Assembly: GCA_964016885.1 (NCBI GenBank) | Contig: OZ024740.1 | Coordinates: 89,218,001 to 89,282,000, forward strand | DNA: 64,000 nucleotides | Origin: Eledone cirrhosa | Lineage: Eukaryota | Reading direction: 5' to 3' | In this document: positions 1 through 14,000 of the stretch, in pieces | How positions within the stretch are numbered: the first letter of the stretch is position 1 | Layout of the letters: the number at the start of each line of letters is the position of its first letter | Program-made: the position numbers and the translations under genes | Notes under the pieces: generated by a model | What the model saw: only the letters and a program-made list of their open reading frames with translations | What the model was told of the DNA's origin: nothing | The model's database searches: none

Positions 1-612
1 ATGTTGTTGGTGATGAGTGACTCTTGATGTAAATAAAATACATGTCGTTTCTTTTCTATTCTCACTTGAGAATCAGTGATGTGAGACAGACAGAGTGGTG
101 ATTCTCGAATGTTACCCTTAAAACGTTATGATGATAATGAATGTAATGACGATAACGATCATGCTAGTCATGGGAATATTATTGAACGTTTTATTGATGA
201 TAATAATAATATCTTTCAAATAATGACATGTGAGCAAGCAAGCAGAAAGATATATAAACAGATACACGTTTGCAATTTCAAATGTGAGAAAGCAGAATAC
301 GCAAAAGAATCATTAACTGGGAAGCAGCAGCGGCACAAAGCTTTTGTCAATGTTACACAATTGCTTAAGTACAGAGAGTTATGTCCCTAAATCAGATATT
401 TAGTTTAACAAGTAGTCATTGAGTCGTGTCTATTCTTGTCTCTGTGTGTATAAACGTGGAAGTTGCAGTGTATTCGACTGTCTACTGTAATGACATGATA
501 CTAAAGCATACATACACCATTTATTTTGTCATTGTTAGTTGAAATATGATATGAGGACGTAGCTAAAACATTGGTTGCTGGCAAATATTTGCACGATTTA
601 TATCAAGACATT

Positions 613-1061
613 TAAAGGGAAAACGATATATTGTCAATGAACGGACAACACATCGTCTTACTTATGTAAAATAATAACTTCAGAAGGGCTTTAACAGTCA
701 AAATAAACAATCCTTTATTAAATGATATGTTTAATAAACTCTATACAAAAGTTAATTCAATCCCTACATACCTTGCGGATTAACAAAAATGGCTTAATTA
801 TTATTTTATGGACAGAATTAAACGAAAGGATATGTGTGTATGCAGGAGACGAGGCGTCACAAAGTCTTTGGTTCCAAACGAAGGCATTCTATAGAGTACA
901 CCCACCAAGTCGGGCCGTCATAATCGGAGAAGAATATTTGTACGTCCGCTTTCCATTGTAGCCAGCGTGGAAGAGAGAGATCAGCTACCTTTTTCACTCA
1001 ATAGCCTCTCCTATATTTTAAATAGTGCCGAAAAAAGGGAAGTAACTCGCTAGTCACTACA
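613..1061 (-). repeat. 3' LTR (449 bp)
   Basis: Direct repeat of 5998-6446 with about 16 substitutions by manual count (~96% identity). Minus-strand termini TGTAGT...CCCTTTA. Preceded on minus strand by purine-rich GGAGGTGA (degenerate PPT). Confidence 0.95.
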
Positions 1062-1514
1062 TCACCTCCGGGCAGATTTTTAGCCGAAAATCGTTAACGA
1101 TGAAGCCAAGGAACCACAAGGTACAGTTTAAAAAATGTGGAAGCATGTTTCAAAACGAAGCATCGGAAAGAGAAATAGTTTCAACCATACAAGCATTAAC
1201 ACAGAAAAATGTACAGCAATAAATGCAAAATGCATTAAAAAAATACCATTCGCAGTAAAGGGGCCCCATATGCGATAAACAAAAAAAGTGTGCTAGGCAA
1301 TGAAAATGCCATATGTAGCAAGGTTACAAAAATGCACTGAACAATGAAATGCATTTAAACTGGCAACAGCCGTAATGTTACGGGATGTAACGAAAAATAA
1401 TATATATTGATACTGCCGTAGGCAGTCAGGAGTCAAAAAGCAACACAATGAAATATACAGCAAAAACAACTGGAAGAAGAAAATAATACAATTCAGTTTA
1501 TATTACTGCATAAC

Positions 1515-4500
1515 TTACGGGGCCAAAGCACCCTTCGCCCAGAACGGGTCGTAGTTCTGTATGTTGATGGGGGGGGGGAGAAATAGGCGTATGTGGCAAA
1601 GAAAAAGAAGGGGCATTTGAGTTTCAAGTGTCATTGTGTCATTGTCCATGTTTGCTCGTTTGAGACGATCAACGGAAACCGTTTCCCTGGAACCCCAAAT
1701 GTCCAGTGTGAAATGTTTGTCTGTGCGAGCAAGCACACGATAGGGTCCAGAGTAAGGCCGTTGAAGAGGGGGTCTCACGGCGTCGTCTCTAACGTACACA
1801 TGTGTCCACAAGCCAATATCCCTTGGGACGGCAGTTTTTACAGTTTGCTTCCTAGTGTCCATCGGTGGTAAATCCTGGAAGTAAGAATGAAGCCGGGACA
1901 CGTAGGAAGCGGGATCCTGCGAAGCAAGATCAACAGGAGCAAGCATTTGCCCCGGTAACGCAAGACTAGTACCATAAATGAATTTGGCCGGGGAGAACCC
2001 AAGGTCCACCTTTATTGTCGACCGAATACCTAACAACACAATAGGTAGGTACTCACTCCAACGTGAAGAGTCCATTGAAGCCCTGAAAGAGGCTTTAAGC
2101 TGTCTGTGAAATCTTTCCACCATTCCGTTTGATGCTGGATGATAAGCCGTGGTTCTTATGCGAGTAGCGCCAATAATTTGTGTTAATTCACGGAAGAGGT
2201 TCGATTCAAATTGACGACCGCGGTCTGTTGTTATTGTGGTTGGTACTCCAAAACGAGCGATCCATGCAGATACGAGAGTACGCGCTGTCGTTTCAGCAGT
2301 GATATCTCTCATAGGAATGGCTTCAGGCCAACGCGAAAAACGGTCAACGATCGTCAAAATATACGAAATACCACGACTAATCGGCCACGGGCCGACGACG
2401 TCCACATAAATGTGACGAAATCTGGCATCAGGACATGTGAAAGTTCCGAGAGGAGTTTTAACGTGCTTATGAACTTTTGACTTTTGGCAAGCGACACAGG
2501 AACGGCACCAAGCAGCAATGTCACGTCTCATATCAGGCCAGAAAAATCTGGCTGTTATGAGTTTTACCGAGGTTGTAGCTCCTGGGTGAGAAATGCCATG
2601 CAAAGCGAGAAATACAGTTCGTCGATGACCAACTGGGACGAGAGGTCGTGGTGAGTCCAACGAGATGTCACAAAGTGTCTGTCCGTCAGCGGTTGATAAA
2701 GGAAGGTATTTCATATTGCAGTTAATGAACTCCGGCGATGTGCAATCCAATGATTCAAGCGAGGGTTGGTCAATGGCCATTTGACGCAAATCTATATCGT
2801 TAGACGACGAGATCGAAGCTATCGGGAGGCGAGACAAGGCGTCTGCCGCAGTGTTCAAAGCACCCGGAATATGTTGAATATCATTGGTGTATTGGGAAAC
2901 AAAATCCAGATGTCTAGTTTCCCTAGGCGAATATTTGTCAGATTTTGATCTTAAAGCGAAAATCAACGGTTTGTGATCTGTGAAAATAGTGAACGCTCTC
3001 CCGTCCAGAACATGGGAGAAATGTTTCACAGATAAATAAATTGCTAAAAGCACACGCCCGAAAGTACTATAACGATTTTCGGCAGGCTTTAGCTTTCTCG
3101 AACAAAAATTCCAGTGGTTGTTGTAAACACCGCACTTCTGTTGCAAGACTGCGCCCACGGCGGTATCCGACGCATCAACACAGAGCGATAGCTCGGCGTT
3201 GGGTACTGGGTGGGCGATCAAAGACACGCTCGCTAACGCCTTTTTCACTTTTAAAAAATCCTCAAGCTGCGTTTTATTTAAGGAAATGTCCATATTCTTA
3301 CACCGGCAATTTTTAAAAATTTCTGTCAACGAGAACATCAAGTTGGAACAATTAGGCACGAATCGCCTATAAAAATTTACAAGGCGTAAGAATTGACGTA
3401 ATTGTCGCAGTGAACTTGGCGGAGGCAAATCCGATACTGCCTTAACCTTCTCAGGAAGAGGTCGAATACCATCGGTGTCAATCAGATGGCCTAAAATTGT
3501 TAGTGAAGTCGAGCCGAAAACACACTTGGAAGCATTAATACGAACATTATATCTCTGTAAACGACGAAATACGAGATCCAGATGCTTTGAATGCTGCTCA
3601 GGAGAAGAACTAGCAATCAACACATCATCGATATACGTGTACACAAAATCCAGGCCCCGAGTAACATCATCCATAAATCGTTGGAAGGTACTAGCCGCAT
3701 TTCTTAGCCCGAAAGGCATAGTAAGGAACTCGAAAGATCCAAAAGGAGTGGCAATAGCAGTCTTCGGAATATCCTCCTTTTTAACCGGAATCTGATTATA
3801 AGCACGAATCAAATCGAGCTTAGAAAAAATTGTGAAACCTTGTAATGAAGAAGCGAAATCCTGCAAATGCGGGATTGGAAAACGGTCCGGCACAGTAATC
3901 GCGTTTAAGCGTCGCTAGTCACCCGTCGGTCTCCAATCACCAGAAGATTTAAGTACCATATGTTGAGGCGATGCCCAAGGACTTGTGGAACGCCGAATTA
4001 TTCCTAATTCCAGCATGTGGTCGAATTCAGACCGTGCAGCTTTCAACTTCTCTTCAGATAATCTTCGAGGACGGGAAAAAACAGGTGAACCTGTAGTGGA
4101 TATAAAGTGTTCAATCACATGATCCGGACTAGCAATTCGTAATCTTCCTTGCGTCAGCTGTGGGAATGATTTTAACAAACTGTGATACTGGTTGCCCACT
4201 TCAGCCAAGAAAAAAGCAGGGCTTACTGTGGCGATCTCCGGCTTTGTACCCTCGAACAATAGGCCTGCATTAGCATAAAAAGTCGTTGTCTGCGGATGTC
4301 AATCGACACGAAAAATGGTGGAGGAAATCCGCTCCCAAGATAGCATATGGTAAGTCGGCGATAGTAAATTTCCACCTAAAATCATGGCGAAGATTTGTAA
4401 ACTTAACAGGAAGCGAAATTTGTCCATAAGTTCGAATCGCGGTATGGTTGACTGCTTGCAAATTCATAGTGGACTCAGGCGGAGTATTATCAAGATAACT

Positions 4501-4640
4501 AACTGGCCAAATAATTAGTGACGCGCCATTGTCGACAAGAAAAAGTTTTTTTGACTGCAGGTCGTACACAAACAGATGACGGTTTGGTCGAGTTTCCCAG
4601 ATTTCACTAGCCGCCTCTAGTGGCTCTGATTGGCGTTTTC
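1515..4640 (-). pseudogene. pol: pol: aspartic protease, RT, RNase H, integrase (disrupted)
   Basis: PR FLVDNGA (4270-4569). RT WASP, MPFGL, YIDD. RNase H DAS...ADALSR. Integrase HHCC, D-D-E (YVDVVGP, TDRGRQF, VERFHR) and GPY. One in-frame TAG at 3915 and a frameshift near 4260. pol is in the -1 frame relative to gag. Confidence 0.95.
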
Positions 4641-5389
4641 GGAACTCCTATAGTTACAAGGCGCCCGACAGCGCTGCGACCGTTTACCAAAGGTTGCATG
4701 ATACCAAAAAGGTTGAGGATTACAACTACCTGTAGTGTAGTGGCGGCTAGGAACAGCAGACGGAGGCGAACGATACCTCAGACGTTGGGATGTCTCTCTG
4801 TTTTTGACAGTCAAAACATCCACTTTCCTGGTCAGCGCTTCGATTGCTTCCAGCAGTTTTTCCTCGGCTAAAGGCGATTTGTGCAGGGGAACGGAAGAAG
4901 AAGAAACACAAGGATTATGCAGGCTGCTCTTTAAATCCAATTCTAGGACTTTATCGGCAGATGCAGCGATCTGATCCAAAGAATCTCTCTCCAAAGTATT
5001 CACTAGAACCATCTGTGCACTCGAGAGAAAAACAACTGTTTAATGAAGGATGTATCAATTCCTTGGGAGTCGCTCAGCTCACGTAGAGGCCGCAAATAGG
5101 AGGTTGGCGTTCTGTCACTCATCTGTGCATCCTCCAATAATTAACGAAACGGCTCTCCACAGACTTAGTATTCCTACGAAGAATTTCTAGTTTTAATGAG
5201 CCATAGGTTACGTCTTTAGCTAAATTCGTTACAACATCCTTTACGGAATATGCCAAAAAACAGGCAGGCCGTTAATAAGCACCCTTAATTTATGCTGTTT
5301 TTTAGTGTGGGTGAAATCGAATAGCACTCGAGCTGCGAAAACCATAGTTTAATATCGCCCGCAAATATCGGCAAATGATGTGATTTCAT
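4617..5389 (-). pseudogene. gag: gag (disrupted)
   Basis: N-terminal LPIFAGDIKLWFSQLE motif from ATG at 5389, then frameshifts/stops. C-terminal ORF 4617-5012 has F-WY-H-x9-C-x3-C, a CHCC motif with the first Cys mutated. Confidence 0.8.
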
Positions 5390-5983
5390 GATGGCCAGAG
5401 ACTCGATGAATTTTTAAAGAACGGAAGTGATTCTCTGCAGCGGCTAAACAGCGAAAAGTTGACACTGGATATCAAAATCTCATTCAGGCGAATTCACTGG
5501 AAACGAGTGCGCCAATCTGTCGCCGGTCAAAATTAACTCGAATAAAACCAGCAAAAAAAAAAAAATGATTGTTCTCCATGAAAGTTAGTCAGTCTTAAAA
5601 TTCGAAGATGGCGTCTAGCTTGTCTTCCTCATTCTAAGCGATTTGATTGGCTGTGTCGTGTCACATGACGCCTTCTTCATCCACAGTTAGTTTCTAAATC
5701 GGCCATCCTGGAACCTTATCTTAAGTTTGCCAGCAAAAGTTAAAATCCGAAGAAATGCTTTCCCTTTGTTATTTTTTTTTTTTTTTAAAGAGAGAGGGAA
5801 GTTGATGCAAGGGGAAGAAAGTAACATTTGATATGCAGCAATATATTATTTTTGTTTGTGTGAAAGAGAGAGGTTGATGCGAGAGGGAAAATATATAAAT
5901 AATATATATATATATTTTTTTTTTTTTGTGTAAGTGTCCTCGCAAGGTAGGCAGGAAGAATATATAAGTTAACGGGGTTCCTG

Positions 5984-5996
5984 GTCGGGTTCACCA
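5984..5996 (-). promoter_or_regulatory. Primer binding site, tRNA-Trp-like
   Basis: Minus strand TGGTGAACCCGAC 1 nt after the 5' LTR; 12/13 match to the tRNA-Trp PBS TGGTGACCCCGAC. Confidence 0.75.
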
Positions 5997-5997
5997 A

Positions 5998-6446
5998 TAA
6001 AGGGAAAACGATATATTGTCAATGAACGGACAACACATCGTCTTACTTATGTAAAATAATATCTTCAGAAGGGCTTTAACAGTCAAAATCAACAATCCTT
6101 TATTAAATGATACATTTAATAAACTCTATACAAAAGTTAATTCAATCCCTACATACCTTGGGGATTAACAGAAATGGCTTAATTATTATTTTATGGACAG
6201 AATTAAACGAAATGATGTGTGTGTATGCAGGAGACGATGTGTAACAAAGTCTTTGGTTCCAAACGAAGGCATTCTATAGAGTACACCCACCAAGTCGGGC
6301 CGTCATAATCGGAGAAGAATATTTGTACGTCCGCTTTTCATTGTAGCCAGCGTGGAAGAGAGAGATCAGCTACCTTTTTCACTCAATAGCCTCTCCTATA
6401 ATTTAGATAGTGCCGATACAAGGGAAGTAACTCGCTAGTCACTACA
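5998..6446 (-). repeat. 5' LTR (449 bp)
   Basis: Direct repeat of 613-1061, followed on the minus strand by the PBS. Confidence 0.95.
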
Positions 6447-7583
6447 CATTTACAGTCGGATAAATACATATATAACTTTAGCCGAAGCTCTCTCCTTGCC
6501 CCTCCCTTTCATTAAATGAAATAAGGAATAATATTCGATGAATTTGAACATATTTTCAAAAGATTACAGAAATATTTGAAATGCTAACTCTGCTCCTTGG
6601 TAAATATTTGGCACTTTCACATACTGCTCACCAAAATGTGCTATCCTCTCCAATCGTCTTTATTGTGATAACTAACAATGTTTATTAATATATTGATATA
6701 TATTCATACAATCCAATGCAGATTTCATAGTTGTTGTGTTCCTGATATGTGTTTCTAAAATATATGGTACATAGTACACTTAATGTTTCATATCCTGCTG
6801 TGGGTAGGTAAGTATTTATTTTACATTTATTTCCTCATTTGGTAATTAATTGTTTATTAAATCATGTGTATTGTAGTGTTAGTATAATTTAGTAGATAAT
6901 TCAAAAAACAAAATGCCAAATACTTTCTTCAGAATTTCAATCGTATATCCAATGTTTGTCATAAAATATATGGCTGCTTCCGCATTGCCATATTCTGATT
7001 TTCTATTGTTTACTATAGGTAGTTTCTATTTACAAATGATACATTGGCTTAAAGAAATACAAATATATATATGTAAATTTATTGGATGGAATATTTTGAA
7101 AACAGTTTATAGGAGAAAAAGACATTCTCTATGTATGTCAGTTATAAGATATGGATTACCTAATATTACCAGATCACCTACTGCGAACGCGTATAAATAG
7201 TATATTTTAACAGTACATAAAGAAATCGTATTTAATTTAGAATAAGTTTGGGGTTTACTAAATATGGTGGAAGCTCTTGCTGTCATGTTAATCTCTCATT
7301 GAAAATAAGCGCCAGTACCGGAATGATTAAATATAGTGGAACAGATGCCGGACTCATTGGATTAATTAAAGGCATAAGGCGAATGTTACATTTTAGGCAA
7401 TTTCCCATTAGTTATTAAATTTGCCAAACTTTTCATATTGCACATTACTTGCAGTGAACTAACGAAACTAAATGTATAGTTCCTTCACACAAATGTAAAT
7501 GATTAAAACATTGTATAACGTTACTATTCATATCTTATACTTGTTGGTAAATAATATGATAAATATATGTTTAATATAGAAGT

Positions 7584-7633
7584 GGCTTCTACAGGACTAG
7601 AACTGTTTCATTCGGGAGAAATCTCAGGAAGCC
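7584..7633 (-). ncRNA. Type I hammerhead ribozyme motif (1-nt core deletion), PLE terminal repeat
   Basis: Minus strand GGCTTC-CTGAGA-TTTC TCCC GAAT-GAAACAG..CTGTA-GAAGCC with 6-bp stem I and 4-bp stem III. The adjacent inverted copy (7635-7652) retains CTGATGA. Confidence 0.7.
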
Positions 7634-7797
7634 CGGCTTCCTGATGATTTCTATATTATATATATATAAGCAATTTCTATATTATTTATTAAATAAAATA
7701 AAAAAATCGCCTAGACATTACAATACAATACAATAGAAGGGAACATAATAATAGTACCACTGATGATGTTGCAGATGTGCAACGAAGGAAATTTGAT

Positions 7798-7852
<55 letters not shown>

Positions 7853-8182
7853 CTGTATTTTTAACCGTTGGTCAATCAATAATAATAATAAAAGTGATGT
7901 TGATCGTGATGATTACTAGAAAATGCTATTTTCATCATTTCTAAAAATAGCAAAACAATTGATGCTTTGGATGGGTAAATCAGTAGTCCTTAGACATGCT
8001 CAACTAACCGTGACGCCTAAACCAATCAGCTTTAGTAGTCCAGTAAAACTACACACCGATTGGTCGAAATACAGTTTGCAAGATTTAGCATTCTGGAGCC
8101 ACTTTTCTCTGTATACAAGGCACACAATTTACCCATCTCATTATAGTTGAAAATTGCAAACTTCAATGTCACCACACAATAT

Positions 8183-8219
8183 GAACCTGAAGATTGCGAA
8201 AGCATGAACGTACTTGTTC
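8183..8219 (+). ncRNA. Degenerate minimal hammerhead motif
   Basis: GAAC-CTGAAGA-T TGC GAAA GCA T-GAAC GTAC TT-GTTC. Stems I and II pair; the GAAA/NUH part is degenerate. Confidence 0.45.
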
Positions 8220-8332
8220 AATTAACACTTAACATTTAATATTCTACCATACTATTTCATTCTAATACCATTATAAATTTTAAAGAATTGTAAATAAAAC
8301 AAGTAAATCAGGCAAAGTTGGAATTCCTTTTA

Positions 8333-8428
<96 letters not shown>

Positions 8429-8535
8429 AACAGTGAGTGTGTTCTGTTATTAATTCTGGCAATATTACACAAATATGACCCTCCCCAAGTATAACAATAT
8501 ATGTATATATATATATATACTTATATATATATATA

Positions 8536-8765
8536 GGGTTTTGAGTTCAATTCTCGGACCGGGTGATGTGTTGTTTCCTTGAGAAAGACACTTTATTTCA
8601 CGTTGATCCAGTTTACTCAGCTGAAAATAAGTACCAGCAATAGCTGGAGGTTTAACCCTGCGCTGGAGTAGCGTCCTGTCCAGGGGGGAGTCTTATACTC
8701 TCAGTCACTTCACGCCATGAAACCGGGATGAGCACCGGCCAAATGAGCCTTCTGGCTTAAGTGGG
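8536..8765 (+). mobile_element. tRNA-derived SINE (5'-truncated) with conserved central-domain-like motifs
   Basis: B-box GAGTTCAATTC, then GTGTTGTTTCCTTGAGAAAGACACTT and CCCTGCGCTGGAGTAGCGTCCTGTCCAGGGG, motifs typical of widespread metazoan SINE bodies. Confidence 0.65.
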
Positions 8766-9939
8766 ATGGCGTCATCTTATGGCTAAAACAGCACGTGCTG
8801 TAACCAGCGGTGCCGATTGGCGCCCAACAGAGTGGTCGGTCAAAGTTATCCAAGTGAAATATATATATATATATATTTATACATTAAGCCCAGACACACA
8901 GGCACAGATACACATGCGTGTTCATGCATGTTTTTGGTATTATATAAATATTATACATATAGTGCGGAACAGGGTTACAATGGAATTTCCTGTTTTTTAT
9001 GCTAACTTAAGTTTTAGTTTATGTAAAGACCTTGTAAATGTATTAGCTAATAAGCCTTTGTGGGTAGCATGAAAGAACATCATAATCAGGTAATATTTTG
9101 CATACCGCAAGTTGTCATTATCTAAATTCTCCCTTACAATCTCTATTCTGTGGGAGGACAAGCTCTTTAACATTGGGCATTGCCTATTTGCATCATTGTC
9201 TATGATAGAAACTGTTTGGCCCTGATTATTTGTATTCACTGATTCTGTATTTTGGTTGTATCTAGAGAACTGCCTGTGATGGACGAAGGTTTTTATGTAC
9301 TTCTATTGAATGAAACATGTGAGACATGTTCTCCCAAAACTTTAAAAGAACTATAGTGTTAACAACTGTATTATCATTAACACCTTTTGATCCATTTTGT
9401 CAGATATTTGGATTACATAAGCATAACACATAAAGCCATATTTCTGTATCTAGATTTCTTAGTCAGTGGTTGGAATGTTGGGTTAGGGAGTTTATATATA
9501 TAGCTTAATTCTCTAACGAATGGAGGTGTCAATTTGCTCGATTCCCTTCATAATGTTAAACCCTATTTCCTGAGTGTCATTATGTTGGGGTTCCCTTAAT
9601 ACTATCATTTTATCTACAACAAAGCGGGAATACATAATCAGGCCCATGGAGGTCTCTACTATTGTATTTTAAAGTTTCCTGTCTCGAAATACAATAAAGA
9701 AATAGAAAGATAGAGAGTGAAAAGAGAATGGAACGCAAAATATTGTTTTTTTAGAAAAGGAATAACAAAACGTGTGTAATCAGTCATCCATTTCAGTGAA
9801 AGGCTGCTTAGAGTTTATCTTAAACATTACAGAGCTTTACAAAGAAATGTATAATTTAAGTGGAAATATGTGTGTATGTGTGTATGTGTGTGGAGTGGTG
9901 GGGGGTTATTCGTTTGGTTGTGCAAATGTTTTAAGGTTG

Positions 9940-11090
9940 GGCGTTGACAGTGACGGGTCAGGATGGAGTGAGAGGGCGAAGTGTGATTATGTGAACAGAC
10001 CAACGTAGGGAGGTATATATCTATGGAACAAAAAATCTGTGAATACATGTATATTTACATATGTAAAGCCTTTGCAAGGGATGGTACAGAAATGGAGGCG
10101 GTCGCGCATATGATGGAAATGATACGGCACCGCCGGATTAGGTTGGAAACGTGGTGAATGAGTTGAAAAGGAGGGAATATGTTAGGGGGGGGGGTCGGCG
10201 AGTAAGTGGCTGTTGTACGGTCAGTATTATGGATGCGTGTATGGTCGTGCTAAGAGGATATCCACGCTGGATAAAGAGAAAAGCCATCCGTTTTGCCTGG
10301 ATCTTGAAGTCACTGTCATTATTGCAGAGCTGACTAAAATGGAGGTATTAAGAGTAGAGTATGTAGAGATTGGTGTATATGGGGAGGATGTAGGATGAGG
10401 TCGACGTAAAAGTATCAGTCTTTGGGTTTGTTGAAGATGAAGATAGAGACAGTGTGGTCACTGCGGTCGATAGAAATTGATGGAATAACGGACCATGATA
10501 TGTCGAAGGTGAGAGCAGGATGAAAAAACTGGACGAAGGAAAGGAGTGGATCTTTTCATGGGGGAGAGAGGTTGTCCGATACAATCGTCGATATAACGAC
10601 GGTATAGCATAGGGTTGGTTTCAGTATACGGGTCTCAAAGTAGACAAAGAAAATGGTGGTGTAGTTCGGGCCCATTCTGGTTCCCATGGCTACCTCAGAG
10701 GCTTGCTGATAGAACTCTCCGGCTCTCTGGAAAATAAAACCCATTGAGTGTATGAACGAGCTCAGCAAAGAGTAGAACAGTGTAAGTGCTAATCTAGAGT
10801 AGGGTGAAAATACAAAATGTGACGGAGAGTGTGGAGGCCATCATCGTGAGGGGTGGTGGTGTAGTGAGAGGTTCTGTCCTGCTTGAAGAGACGTAGAGAT
10901 GGGCCAAGAGACGAGAGAGAAGATGAAGGAATTTAACAGCCGAAGAGCATGATTACTGTCGTGGGTCAGGGAGAGTAGGTCGGTGGCGAAAGGGGAACTG
11001 AAGGTGTAAATGTGTTGATTGATTATTTCAGTAGGGCATTTGAAAGTGGAAACGATAGGATGGCGGATATTATTGAGTTTATGTATATAA
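9940..11090 (-). mobile_element. Decayed Penelope-like element, RT region
   Basis: Minus-strand translations HPIVS..CPTEII, GEFYQQASEVAMGTRMGPNY, RYIDDCIG, TNPKTDT match PLE RT motifs; many stops and frameshifts. Confidence 0.8.
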
Positions 11091-14000
11091 ATATATGGAT
11101 AAGGCGATGAGATCGTAGTTGATGGAATACCATTATTTCCTAATTAGGTATGTAATCTTAACAGCGAAACAACAGAAGTACAGAAATATATTGGCACCGT
11201 AAAGCCTAAACATGTTTTCTTGACATTCATCAGTTTATGAGAAATATTGAGAAGGTATTTTTGCATTATGTCCAAAAATACATATAACGAAGAAATTATT
11301 AAAAGATACATAACTAACATTCTTCGTCTAATAATTGTACTAAGAAATGAACTAGGTGTTCGTTTCTAATGTTTATAGTTTCTAGCTAACAACGATTTCA
11401 TATTTCGCTAAGAAGCATCGGTATTTCAAAGGTTCTTTGATCTTTATTAAGATGTTGATACATTAGGTTAGATTCGCTTTCCATATTACTTGATTGGGAA
11501 AGTAAAATATCGTTGAAACTCGTTTGTTTCGTACAATTAAAAAATGTTTTTATATGCATGAACTAGGGAATTACTGAGAATTCAATTTGAAGATAATACG
11601 GAGTGATATAGTCTTGCAATTTACCGCTGCTCTCCCTCCCTAGAAACCATAGATGCGTTCAGTTCTACACATAATTATGTTAGTTCTGCCGTTTGATCCA
11701 AGATGAACTTTCGTCAAAATCATTATATAGAAAATGATGTCTTATTGTATGTTCGAGGAGATTAACGGCTAAGACTCACAGGTCAAGGGCTCACCATGTG
11801 TTTTAGTTTAATCTAGTTTACCTTCGTTCCTAAGATCCGCCTTTTGGCATTTACCTTCTCGTAAATATATACATGACATTAAGACATTTCCTTCATAATT
11901 GAAAGTTGTCATTGTTCAGTATATCAGTTATGCTGGCGGAGCAAGCTTGCAATTAAATAAACATTAGAATATTAAAATGACATACCTGTTAAAATCAATA
12001 GATTAATGGAGTTGATAAGGTGCTCGAGGAGAAGCTTGCGCAATGAGTTCAGACACTTTAGGCGTATGACTATTGAAATAAAATGAGGAAGTCTAGAGTT
12101 GCTGGCAATTTAGATCCACTTACTATCATTAGTTGTTTTGCGATAATTGGGAGTCTATACTGCGCCGATGCGTCATTATTTGAGTCCTGGAAATTGAAAA
12201 CAGTACACTTTCTTGATTTACTATGGTTGACCACATCATTGAATATATTCGCTCTCTCTCTTTCTTTTTCTCTCTCTCTTTCTCTCTCTATCTCTCGCGC
12301 TCGCGATACCTCTGTGGTTTTGCGTCTCCCGTGCTCTTTATGTGAATAATTTAGTAGTGCAAGATGTCTGCAAAGTACTGCGGAAGTTCTTTGCATGGAA
12401 TCATAAGATCTTGTTATTTTCCGTTCGATGTATGATCCCGCCAGAAACCATTTGGATATTTTCACCAAGTACTTGGGCCTCCGTCTTGCTATTTCTCCTA
12501 TAATGTTGTTTTATAGTCTCTGAGAAATTTACCCTAAATATTGTAAATTTTGCTTCGGTGTAATTGAGTGCTTAATAGCGATTAATTTATTTGGCGATTT
12601 TGTATTAATACACACGGTATGTTATGGGACTTTTCAGGGAATTCTGAGACTTTGGAGGGGATAATTCCTCGGCTGTGATGACCCATCAACTTCCATGAGC
12701 TATATGACTCACTTGTCTGACTGCTCATACTGATGATATTTCTGTCATTTCTATCTGGATATCTGTCATTGCTATTGTGATTCTGACCTTTCTGTCTTTA
12801 TTTGTCGATGCTATTTTGTTTTGTCTATCCATGAGTCTGCAGGGGTGTAACACTCTGACGTTGCGTCTGTGTCTGGTGGGAAATTTTTATGATTCGTTTT
12901 CGTTGTTATTATTGTCGTATATATTGAGGAGATTTCTGCTGTTGTTCTTGTTATTAATGTAGCTTTCTTTGTTGTCATTTGTGTTCTTGTATTTGCTGCT
13001 CGTGTGACTACTGTCATTGTCGCTTCTGTACTTGTTATTCTTTTTTTCTTAATCGTTTTCTAATCTGTAACGTTTTGTTTGGTTTTCTTTTTCTATCTCT
13101 AACATATTTACCTTTTTATGAGTTACGTATTTTGGTGGTAACCTGAGAAGAAATATTTCGTCTCGATCTATTTTTGTTCTGTCATATATATTCGTTAGGC
13201 GATTTGTGTTAAATTTGACTGTCAGTGGGACATCCGCTATATTTATTCCGTTAATGCTATCCGGATATTTCCATTTTTTCGAATACAAATTTCTTGAGTT
13301 TTTGTTGTTTAAATCACAATTTCTTGTTGCAGTGTCAGATGTATTTCTGTTTGATGGATTTCTATGTCTTTTCGTGAATACTGTATTATGTTTCTGTTGA
13401 TGTGCTAAACTTATTTATTTCGTATAGGAAGATACGTGTGCATTATTCCAGTTGGCTTAGTTCTGTTGAGATTGTCTTCTTTTGTTTGTTGCAATTAGTA
13501 TTTTTTCAAGGTTTCTGGATTAGCCTATAGTGTGTTTGGAATTTTTTGCGTCAGAGTTGGCTCTTTGTCATACATTTTTTGTTAGGCAACAGAATATATC
13601 AATGCCTGGTAAACTTCACTAATTTTTCAGTACGAGGTATGTGTATGTATTTTTAAGAATAACGGTGAGAAATTGTATTTAAATTGTGTTTAAAAAGGTA
13701 TTGATATACTTTGGGAGGTCCGTTTTGTTAATAAAAAACACATGCCAGATGTGATTCATTACCTTAATGGGAGAAAGATCCACATACAATGAGGAAGCAT
13801 TTGTTCGAGGACCGCATGAAACCCAGAAAGCGATGACCTTGTAAGAAGGATTATTGCAGAAACTGATAGGGCTAGCATAACACAACATTAAAACGCCATA
13901 AATTGAAGTTCAATGACTAATCATATTCCCAGGAAATGGGGCATCCGTTGAAATCAGCATTTTTTGAAACGCAGCCAATAGATATTTCTATTGCTTGAGC

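Larger units (their letters stand above)
613..6446 (-). mobile_element. Full-length, decayed Ty3/Gypsy LTR retrotransposon, CsRN1/Kabuki/Boudicca-like clade
   Basis: Two 449-bp LTRs (613-1061, 5998-6446). 4-bp TSD CATT at 609-612 and 6447-6450. Internal order gag-PR-RT-RH-IN on minus strand, tRNA-Trp-like PBS, CHCC-type Gag motif. Confidence 0.95.

Noticed and set aside
4630-4650. Programmed -1 frameshift site at the gag/pol overlap
   Set aside because: Frames are consistent with -1, but TCCGAAAAC is not a canonical slippery heptamer in this decayed copy.
7755-7800. Additional hammerhead-like strings (7760, ~11225 minus, ~29582, ~32720 minus, ~63830 minus)
   Set aside because: One core half or stem I/III is missing; cannot be separated from chance.
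12380-13500. Possible decayed LINE ORF1/RT remnants on the minus strand
   Set aside because: Strand-biased composition but no convincing motif.
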